NCBI GenBank assembly: GCA_030141605.1 | Contig: JAQGDQ010000295.1 | Coordinates: forward strand, 62,001 to 126,000 | DNA length: 64,000 nucleotides | Direction of reading: 5' to 3' | Source of the DNA: Tubiluchus corallicola | Taxonomy: Eukaryota > Animalia > Priapulida | In this document: positions 40,139-50,998 of the stretch, one piece after another | Position numbering within the stretch: position 1 is the stretch's first letter | Layout of the letters: every line of letters begins with the position of its first letter | Made by a program: the position numbers and the translations under genes | The notes under the pieces: model-generated | The model's input: only the letters and a program-made list of their open reading frames with translations | Database searches by the model: none | What the model was told of the DNA's origin: nothing

Positions 40139-41074
40139 TTGATTCTTAAAACCGCACTCCATCTGAAGATCTCAGTACTTTTTACAATAAAATTAGAGAT
40201 AAAAAAAATCACACAATCAATGGCAATAAAAATAATTATGCAGTTACAATTTAAAAGAAATAGGTACGTATGATGCTGAATAAAAATTCGCAATTACAGT
40301 TTACATAAAAATAGTTATAATTTCAAATTAATAGGTTGAAATGTGCATGAAAATGAGTAGAAAGTCATGGTTACAAATAAAATACAGATGAACTGAAAAT
40401 GAGCAAAAGGCAGTGTCACAAGAAATACAGAGCTTAAATTAATGTACTGAAATATTTGCAGTGCAAATCAATTAAAAAGGTATAATCTAAAGCAATTGAG
40501 TAAAATGTTCAAGAAGCAGCAAGAGCATTTTGACCGCTTTTTTTGAAGGTTATGTGAGAAATTAAAAAACTAATCTTTCTGGTAGAACATTCCAGAGTTT
40601 TGGAGCGACAATTTAAAATTCACAAGATATAGTATAGTATTTACAAACTATAGTGACGACACGATTAGCACGCACTTACTGATTAAGCCCAAATTTTTCA
40701 CTGTTGTACTAGCAATAGTTGTGCTGTCTTTCGTTTTTGTGACGGATTATAATAATGGCCCTCAAGCCTTATGAATGGAAAGCATTGTAACCTGCTGCTC
40801 AATACCGCATCACATTGGTTGCAATCGATCAAAAATCAATTTACAACTCAGCACGACTGCAAGGGTATTATGTCACCAAAAATTTATATTATTAGCAAAG
40901 CCACCATTAGCACAAATTGCTGAAAATTGCATAATTTTGAGAAGAAACCAAATTGCAAATTTAAATCATTTTCATTAAATAAGAAACAAAACATTGAGCA
41001 CTAGTGCAGTGAAATTTCAGAACATTTAGAATGGCCATCATGAACATTATTACCATGGCAGTACATCACAGAGG

Positions 41075-41433
41075 AGGGGCCGAATTATGAACTTTTGGGA
41101 CCACTAGGGTAACAAAATTATGGACTCCCTCAGAGGGAGCCGTTCTCTAACTCGCACGCACCCGTCTTGAATATTTTTTACTCGTGATATATTTTAGCTT
41201 GAAGTAAACTTATTGTAAATTTTTTAACTAAACTAGAATAACTATCTTTTCAAAATATTTTTTTAAGAAATACCACTATTTTACTATCCATTACAAACAA
41301 AATTAGCACATACTTCAACACAACCGTAGTGAAACAACATATTTTTTACCAAATGTTACCAAAGCTTGAGAGCCCCAAGCTTGATGCGCCCTAGTGTGCA
41401 GCCTATACTAGCACATAGGATAATCTGGTCCTG
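41075..41433 (+). mobile_element. hAT-type MITE
   Basis: Ends aggggccgaatt / aatctggtcctg. Flanks cacagagg / caaagagg (7/8 TSD). Left part aligns with 44058-44180. Confidence 0.8.
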
Positions 41434-41485
41434 CAAAGAGGAGTGTACTCCTCTTTGCAGGGCCAGATTATCCTATGCAAGTATA
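41404..41485. repeat. Near-perfect palindrome (31-bp arms, 1 mismatch, 2-nt centre)
   Basis: cataggataatctggtcctgcaaagaggagt-gt-actcctctttgcagggccagattatcctatg. Confidence 0.92.
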
Positions 41486-42578
41486 CAGTAACTACACGTG
41501 GAGATTTGAACGATCAACCCCCCACACACCCCACCCATCCTAGTATCAGAAGATGCGCCCCTGGTGGTCACTCGCAAGACAGTAAGCTCTCGTTTAACTT
41601 TAGGCGTTCTTCAAGTCCTCAAGCATATGATAGCTTTAACTAGTTTATATCATTGAGCATTACTGGCAACATGTTTAAACACAGTCTACAGTAAGCTGCA
41701 CACCTCCGGGGCAGGAATTTAAACGTACATTAAATGGGAGGAACCACATCATAGATGGCAATAAACCATTATCTCTGAGCTTAGAGCCTTTAACCTTTTA
41801 AATAAGCTCATAAATGATGGTTATATTGTGTTTTGTTCTATTATATTATATTGAATTTTATTGTATTGTATTCATCAATAAACTTATTATGCTTATAGAG
41901 CAAAAACACATACACAACAGGTAAAACAAAGAAAGCATTAAGTAATGAGATATAAGAACTTCCATTGTAACGTAATCAGTAAACCAAGCTCGTGAATCTG
42001 ACTGGCTGAATGAGTGTCTGACTAACTGACCTAATAAACTAACTGATTGCTATTTCATTAGTCCCCACATTAATAAAACAAGAAATGCTTTACTTTTGAA
42101 ACTATATCAGTCAGTGTTCCAATTTTCATTAATAAAATATTCCCTTCCAAGTATAAAAGGACTTTATCTTCAGGATAATTTTCGCTTCCCTCTTGAAGAA
42201 AACTTTTGTGCAGGAAGCCATAATTAACCCACAATAAAAATGCAAGGCAGTGCAATTAGTAGCCAACGCAGACAAACTAAGATGACTGTGAAGGCACTAG
42301 CATACTGGACAACGAAATTACATCTTCCCTGGTGACACGAACCTCAATTCTTCTCTTCCTTCTGCGCATGCGCAAAAAGATTAATAATAATTTCCTTTAC
42401 ATTAGACTTCTGCTGCAGCTTCCTCCCAGCACTCCTTATCAGTTGATGAAATCTTGTTCTTTATCAGATAATGCGCTATGCTAGTGAGGCACTGCAGCCT
42501 GTATCATGGTTTTCATCTCACGGGATGTAAGGAACAGAGTTTGCCAGCTTCACAACTGACTTCAAGATTAAATCAAAA

Positions 42579-43636
42579 TTAAAGGAAAAGCAAACTAAAG
42601 ATAAGCGCTGCTTTGCAATTGGCAAGGTCAATCCCCTCCTTACTAAATTCAAATTATAAACATTATCGCTCTGAAATTAATTTTGATTTTACTCTTGGCA
42701 CGCCTAATTTGTTTGTGACCTTGTATTCTGTAATTATGTAAATGAAATGTAATAGCATGTGTGCATGTTCCAAGTTTCCAAATGGGGAAGAAGTGTGGTG
42801 TTTCCAACACCATAAAAGGGAAGAAAAAAGAATTTTAAAATATGTCTCAAAAAGCTTTCCATACAAAGTTATATTACTTAACATCACACTTAGCTACTTG
42901 AAAGACTCATGTAATTGGAAGAGAAAACGCTTAATAATTTTAAATATTCGCACCACCTGGTAAACCAGCATTGCATCGCCATCACAGTGCGCACCACCTC
43001 GTAAAACAGCATTGCATCGCCATCACAGTGCGCACCACCTGGTAAAACAGCATTGCATCGCCATCACAGTGCGCACCACCTCGTAAAACAGCATTGCATC
43101 GCCATCACAGTGCGCACCACCTGGTAAAACAGCATTGCATCGCCACCACAGTGCGCACCACCTGGTAAAACAGCATTGCATCGCCATCACAGTGCGCACC
43201 ACCTGGTAAAACAGCATTGCATCGCCATCACAGTGCGCACCACCTGGTAAAACAGCATTGCATCGCCATCACAGTGCGCACCACCTGGTAAAACAGCATT
43301 GCATCGCCACCACAGTGCGCACCACCACTTGTTCACCAAAAACACATGATTAATTTTATTGACAATATAAAGTAATCTGACATTTTCCTTAGTTAGCAAA
43401 GAATGTGCTGTGCATGCTCTGATTATTTTTTAAACTTTACGCAATGTTATCTGAACTTGCAACAAGCGACTTGCCGTTAAAATGGCTACGCTATGCAGGA
43501 GTTTAAATTTATAAGTTTTATACAGCGTTACTATTAACGCAAGCTCTGTGTGTAATAAAATAACATGCAAGTGATATAAAATTTCAAGGCGATTTTTTTA
43601 AACTTTATATATGAAGGGTGTTTCCTTATGCTTTAA
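42579..43636 (+). mobile_element. MITE family C, diverged copy containing a minisatellite
   Basis: 42810-42950 and 43325-43636 align with the 18090-18750 copy. Ends ttaa-aggaaaag / cttatgct-ttaa; the left boundary is less certain. Confidence 0.75.
42950..43325 (+). repeat. Minisatellite, 41-bp unit x~9
   Basis: gtaaaacagcattgcatcgccatcacagtgcgcaccacctg repeated with few substitutions. Confidence 0.97.
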
Positions 43637-44057
43637 GCTCTTACAGTAAAGAATGACAATGCACAATGTAACTTACACGAAAAAATCTCTTATACAACAA
43701 TACCAATGGGTAACAAAGCCGCAGATTTATCAACTAAGAAACGCATAATAAGCGGCCAAAAAACATTCGTGGATTAGGCTAAACAGATGATCCTCTGGGA
43801 TCGCAGCTTTAGCAGTAAAGCACAGCAAAAAGCTGTAGAAACGCCCGATAATTTAATTGTCAATGAATAACAGGAACTGTACACAAAGCAGAACGGCTCA
43901 TAAATATTCGTTGACGTCTGTTTGCACTGACTGTTTGTTATGCAAGTAATTATTATGCAGTTAGACCTGAAAGCCAGCCTGCCGTGACGTCACTTACATA
44001 ACCGAGAATTTAAATCATTTTGTGGAGCGGCAAAATAGAAATAGAAGCCATTACAAT

Positions 44058-44470
44058 CAGGGTGGGATTGTGACCTTCTGGGCCCCTAGGCTAATGAAAT
44101 TATGAGGCCCACTCTGACAGAGCCACCCTCTTATTTGCTCGCACTCGTCTCGAATATTTTTTACTTGTGATATATTTAAGCAGCAGTTGCATAGCTGGGG
44201 GCCCATATTTCAAATAAATGGCTTCAAATAGGGGCCCTTGTCTTAAATAAAGGGCGTCAAACAAGGGCCCTTTGTCTCAAATAAAAAGCCTCAAACAGAG
44301 ATTCTTTATCTCAAATGAGAAGCCACGTTAAAATTGGATTTTCAGAATTCCTGGCCTCCTTTTTTAAAGTTGAAATTTTATTTCAAGTTATATGAATTAT
44401 TCAGCAATGCAAAGTATGCCCCCAAGTGTGAAGAGCCCTGGGCTGCAGATTATTAGATAATCCAGCTCAG
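44058..44470 (+). mobile_element. hAT-type MITE with internal degenerate tandem repeats
   Basis: cagggtgggatt / aatccagctcag ends. Flanks attacaat / attacaac (7/8 TSD). Internal tcaaata...gggccc units at ~44195-44325. Confidence 0.8.
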
Positions 44471-46677
44471 ATTACAACACACGTCAGTCGCAAATTATCA
44501 GTAAACAGGCTTTTACAGTGTATAGGCAATATTTAAAAGGTTACATCTAAAACGTTAACTACTATATATTTATTGCGCTTAAATCACTTTTCAGTTGTCT
44601 ATTATTTCTACAAACCGTTTAAAGCAAGTCAGGTACAAGGCGCATCATCATTTTGGTCAGAATTTTTAAATGAGAAACAATCGGCTATAAAAACAACGGG
44701 CAACTATGCAGGGTCGTCCAGAAAAAGCATCCCTGCAAATTTTTTAATAAAACAAAAATCACATGTCAAAAACGTAAAAAAACTGAATAGATTAACTATG
44801 AATATTATTATAGTTTAAAAGAAAAAAATTCCTAAAATTTACTGTTTTGAACGAAAAAGTAACTCGGTTTTCGATGCTTTTATCTACATAACTTAGGAAA
44901 CGGCCCTGACTTAAATCTTCTAGATTTTAGCAGACGGGAGAAATAACTCAGCGAGGATATTACGTAAGAAAAATCAAACACGTTCCTGAACAGAATGGGA
45001 AAAAAGTTTTGCTTCTATTATTGACCAAATTTCTCGTAAATGGCATTGTCAAATTCTGACCTAGGCATCATAAAGTGATCGAAACGGAAGGACAAAGAGA
45101 AAGACAAAGACAAGATTTATTTACCGTCGCTCATTTAAAGACAACATCAGCACTAACGGCCATTTAGCGACTTACACTTACAACAATACAAATAAGGACG
45201 CTACACACAAATAAAAAACAACATGAAAAGTATATGTTCCATGCATTTTTAGAAACAGTTCAGTAAAAATAAAATACAAAACTTACAGTTAACTATTTCA
45301 TGTGTATGATACACATGTATTCATTGTTATTCTGCTAAATTTTTGTCTTTCCACTTGTTGATTTTTGATTTATTAAAGAATTTGCAGATAATGTTTTTTT
45401 CTGGACTATAATTCTTTCTAACTCGAGTTGTTAACCCACTTTTTCAACTAAAATTACCTGTTAACTGTTTGCCAGCATAAGGCCCGAAGTTAGACGCTAT
45501 ATAGGCTAACAGCCACGCGAAGAATTTCGTAAATTTTAATGTTGATTTCCGTGTTTTAATTCGGATAACATTAAGTCTATGTATGCCAGTATTCAGCACT
45601 TAGATGGAAAACAACTTTTACACACACCTCCAATACTGCCCAATACGCATCATTGCAACTGGAACGTGTAAATTGTACGTCCAGGTTACAATAACAATTT
45701 GCAATTGCTCAATCTCTTAATAACGAGAAGTGTTAATAACTCTCATCTTTATTCCTTACAAAGCAACCACTTAAAAACCAGGTAAACGGGCTTGATCTAC
45801 AACAAAAACCACAATACGTGAACGCCTACCTGTCCAAAGAGAAAGTGTCTTTCAAATTTGCTCCCATAACACAATCAGCAAGTACACTGTTGAATTTCTA
45901 CTTTGGTTGTTCACTAACATCATTAAATCTTTGTACCAGGAAATTGAAAAGATTGGTTGTTACAACTGCTCGTTAAAAGTTTTAATTAATGCAAGCGGAA
46001 ATCCCAAAATCAAAACAGCGACTTGTTAAATACTACACAGGAAGTTCCAGAAATATTCAGTACATGAACAGATTTATATTCAGATCTGGAACGCGTGCCA
46101 GTGAGAGGCAGATAGCACGTGTGCTTAGCAGCTTCCGGTAGTCATAACAACAAGAAGATGAATCCTAAGAAGCAAGAACCTCAGAGCACGCGCCAACACT
46201 ATAAATCCAAGCTACCATAATGATGCGCACGCGACTAAGTGCAGTGGTAAGTACCACCTTTTGATTTGCCTACCTTTGAGGGCACGAAAGGGATTTCGAA
46301 ATTTAGTTGATCTAGACTGAACCATGAATGAATCAATAGTTAACCTCCAAAGGTGACAGTGAACAGATTTCCAGGAAGTAACAACAACCTGTGTTGATAG
46401 AAAAAATAAAAAATCAATATGCAATAATAAAATTTTCTCCTTTATTCACATTTTATTCGAACATGCAAACTTATAGAATTTGTTTCATACATCACACAAC
46501 CAACTTAAAATGTGACCTCGGCAGCCAACACAAATGTCATCAAAATATAGTTGTCACTCTGAATAAGTAATAGTCAAGTATCACGAATATTAGTGAATTA
46601 AAGTACTATGGTAACTACAAATCCATCTAGCACATTGACAAATTTTAATGGCTTGCCTTTATTTAGTAAAATGTAGA

Positions 46678-47310
46678 TTAAAGGACAAGTAAACCCTCCA
46701 CATACATAAGGCTTAAAAAATTCGTTTTGAAATTTTATATCACCTACATACACTGCCTTTTTGCATGCAGGGCTTGCGTCAGCAGCAATGCTGTATAAAA
46801 CTTGTAAATTTAAACTCCCGTGATGCCGTTAGGCGCAGCCATTTTAATAGTAGGTCGTTTGATACAAATTTAGATAATACTGCGTGAAGTTTGAAAAAAT
46901 AATCAGAGCATGTTACTAACTAAGTAAAATTTTAAATTACTGTATCTTGTCAATACGATTAAAAATACGTTTTTGGTTAGTAAGTGACGCACTCTGGAGG
47001 GTGAGCCAGTGACATTTTACCAATTGACACGAACATTTTAAATTATTATTCCTAGTTACATAAATCTTTCCAACAGGTAAGCGAAATGCTAAGTAATATA
47101 GATTTGCATGGAGTTTTTGAGACATAATTTAACATTGTCTTTTCTTCCCCTGATTTACGTTTGGGTAAGTGACGAATGGCGCCGTCGGAACAGTATTGCG
47201 GGAGATTTAAAATGAAAATTTAAAATGAATGGAATTGCTGTAAAGTAACATATTTTTCCAAGGCGATTGTTCTGAAACCTACTTCAGGTACCCCTTTTCT
47301 TGTCCTTTAA
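46678..47310 (-). mobile_element. MITE family C, intact ends
   Basis: TTAA-AGGACAAG ... CTTGTCCT-TTAA. Reverse complement is colinear with 18090-18750. Confidence 0.92.
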
Positions 47311-48879
47311 ATAAACTGCAAACTGCTAAATAAGAGAAATCGTATGAAAATTTTCTGCAATTTTACTTTCACTTTTTACATATTTATTTATTACACAGCT
47401 CCGTATTTAATCAAGACTACAGGTACTATAAACTGGTCCCCTTGCGCCATCTAGCGAAAAATTTTCATACTATTAATTTATGATAGTAATAGATTCCGAA
47501 TTTGCATACGATTAAATAATGAATGGATTTTAATGATATGTCTTACGAAAATTTATATAAAAAAAGTAAATTAGTAATTCAGGTCAGGCTGTTGTCCGCG
47601 ATCCGAACTAACCACAGATTGTAAATTTAATACGAACTCGAACTGCATATTTTGACATCAAGGCTTTTGTTACTATTAGGTAAACAGTACCAACACACAA
47701 GTTAATTAGAGAGTTGGTAAATTAAATTAAATCCAATAAAGACTGTAGAGCTCTCATGGACATTTTCAGTGGCACTATTACGGTAGCACTTCGCGTTAAC
47801 GTATCATACGCAAGCACTTTCAGTGGACCTTCGCACAACTATAGCAGAACACAAGCAATTTCAGGGCGAAAGCTTACAAAAGAACCACAGGTCTAAGCAG
47901 CAACACTAACACTACAAATAGTTTGTTGATTACACACCACAAACAATTCAGTTTTTGAGTGAAGTTCACGTGGATGTGTGTCACTTACAGTTAACACTGG
48001 GTAAAACCTTTTCAGAACGTACTACTTGCAGAGAGAATAAAAAGAAAGTACAGTTAATTTAATCGTCAGCATATCAATAGTCGAACAGTTAAGAGGACAG
48101 ACTCTTGTGTTCTCTGTTGTAACAACCAAAGTTAAGCAATGCCGAACCTAGCCAGTAACCGATTATGGATGGTTGGTTACTAGGTGCTGGCAACTAGCAC
48201 ACTGTGAGCAGCTATTTGTCTATGCATCCAACTGTCGATACGTCATCCGTGCCGGTTCGGTATCTAATCCTAGAGAGCTATCATTGACAAGGTCCCAGTC
48301 CGGCCACAACTATCTACATCAAGTAGGTTCTTCTGTTGAGTGTTGGATCACATTTTATACATTTTAAAGTGATAAATTGTATAAAAGCTAGACCTTTGAT
48401 AAAGTAAAATTTTAAATCATTTTCTGTAACTTACTTTGTATTTTTTAGCCTTTAAGCCCGTGTCACACAGAGCTGCACATAATCCCTAAGGCGTAAGCCG
48501 CGAGGAGAAAAAGCCGCCTTTTGAAAAATGAACGTATTTTAACTAATGGTTCCTGTCGCACAGATTTGCCATAAGGCGTTTTCGCTAACATGGTAATTAA
48601 TAGGTTTGTGTTTTACAATACATAATTCATTTCATTTGTATCATAAGAATTCGTAAAGCAATGGTCTTATCAACATGAAAAAGCAATTTTTAAGCCCGAC
48701 ATTTCACTAATACTAGAATCAGATACGTGCATTGGCTAAACGGATTATGGCAAATGGATTACACAGAGCAAGGAGCATACTGCAGATTATGACGTACGCT
48801 TTACCGAAGATGGAAGGCGCCTTATATTGCCTCCCCAGTACGCCCAAGAATTATTTGCACTTCAAAAGCACTTACTGTG

Positions 48880-48970
48880 TATAATAATAATAATACTAAT
48901 AACCTTTATTTAAAGTCGGCTTTTGGACGAACAATTGACATTAGGTCATAGAGCTATTATTGCCGGCTGT
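48880..48970 (-). mobile_element. Isolated LINE/SINE 3' tail
   Basis: Minus strand agccggc.ataatagctct...aaaagccgactttaaataaagg matches the tail of the LINE at 28869-28932. Confidence 0.7.
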
Positions 48971-50998
48971 AAATAACACACTACAACTAGATAACAGAGG
49001 CTATTATTACATAATAGTAAGAAAATCATAAACTGTTTCTCTGTAGACACTACGGGTAACAAAAACATCTAGCCATCTTAAGCCCATCAAACACTGGGGA
49101 CTGCCACATGTGGAAATATGAACGTAAAGAAGTTATGTTTTACATAACTAGTGTCTAACTTTAACTTTATGTAACTGCAAATGTATGGCCTTCGCAACAT
49201 TTTTCAATTGTATACCACACCAGAAACTGTTTTGGAATGAAGAATTTCAAATACCAGACAGCTTCCACTCAAGTGTTACACATATTTTCTTACAATTTAT
49301 AATAGAGCACATTTTCGCAAACAGGAATTTCTTCAAGCCATTTTCATATAATTTTAATCTCACAAGAGCAATGGAAATGCCAAAATAGTATAGTCAATAT
49401 GATGAGAGTAAGCACTTTTTTTAATGTGCAAAAATTAGTGAATTGAAAGAGACTGTTTGGAAAATTTCAAAATTCATCATATTTCAGGTCTACTGAACAT
49501 TATTTGATGGACCTTCTTAGTTATAACGGAGTGTTTGATTTAAGTGACATCACCTGTGAAGATCTGATTAGAGAACTGTGTTTTTCTACTGACACCACAA
49601 GAAGACTGGGCAGTTATCCTGCAACATCTTCCTGCTAGACTGATGATAATGTGTATGGATTTTGCTAAATAGTGTTCATCTAGCATAGTGTTGAAAAGTT
49701 ATACATGCGAGAACATTTAGTCTATGAATGTAAATGGACTGGAAGCATCCAAAACTTAAGTTGTCAATAATGAATCAAAAACAGTAATGTCACTATTACT
49801 TTCACAAAATTTGCTAAACAGCATACAGTTGGTTTAACATGATTTTACATTCCGTAACTGCTGCACTAATTTAAGCACCTCACCTGGAAGCTTAATGCAA
49901 AAATTACCTTGTATTTATCGAAAGTAGTAAAATTTCTTCGTGTTGTTATTTTCACTAGTACCAATAATTAATAGACTAAATGATGAAGGTAAACGGTATT
50001 TTTTTATCATTTGTATCTATTTTTAGCTAATAAATTAAATTTACAAACAACACTATGAAAATTTAATGCTAATAAATGATTTGTAGGAAGTGAAATAGAA
50101 GAACAAAGTTAACCTAAAGTAACTGTTGCCACATCAAAGAAGTTTCTCTCAAAGCAAAACCTAACTCACCTCAAGTGCCACATCGTACGAAATATAAGCG
50201 ACAGACAAACAAAGAAACCATTTTTAATGGCATTGCTCATTAACAGTGTCGATCGTATTACAAAGTTAAGAAATCATTTTAGACTGTTACAAAACATCTT
50301 TTGAGTCAGCACCGGTTTTCAAATATCATTACGAAAGACAAATCTTAAGTCTTCAAACTTACTGATAAGTTTGCAAACCTATTATTTTTACATTCTTCTG
50401 CCCGTAAATGCCTTTAAACACCTGCAAAAGTCAGATTCAAGTACACATAATTTCTGAAGACTACTTATTTGTTGAATCTACCACTACTCGACCTGCAGAA
50501 CATCCACAACTATATAAAAAGGAAATAGAATAATAAATGATTATGTACATGTGAATTATGTTAGGAGTACACTTAAGCTTTCAAGACTAAATATGTGCCA
50601 ATAGCTGACAATAAGAATGGAAAGCAAACAAGGTCCAAGGAAGTGGACATCCTCAATGGACACCCTCTAATACGTCAAATTAAGGCCTATGATAGGCACA
50701 ATGTGACATCAAAATGCTCTGGTTCTATTATTAAAAGTTCTGAAAGCAATTTTAACATCACAGTTTATGCAAAGTGCTCTCAATTTCAAATTTTTAATGA
50801 ATCTTTATTTACATGCTACAGTGCTACCAAAAAAATTTCCTAGCAGTCTAAAGTTTGAACAATAGTTAAAAGCTTATTATAATATCACTAATTTGTGTAT
50901 TTAAGCACTTAAAAATTGAACCCGTGTCATTACAGCATGCTACACTACACTGCATATTTGACTCAATTTATTTACATGTATTCAATGTCAAATCACAG

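Noticed and set aside
39898-40293. Poly-I/T/C/L ORFs (also 57362-57747 and 25114-25470)
   Set aside because: Translation of triplet microsatellites.
42950-43325. CRISPR-like array
   Set aside because: Head-to-tail units with no unique spacers, no cas genes, and eukaryotic context. The same applies to 9081-9207 and 14881-15054.
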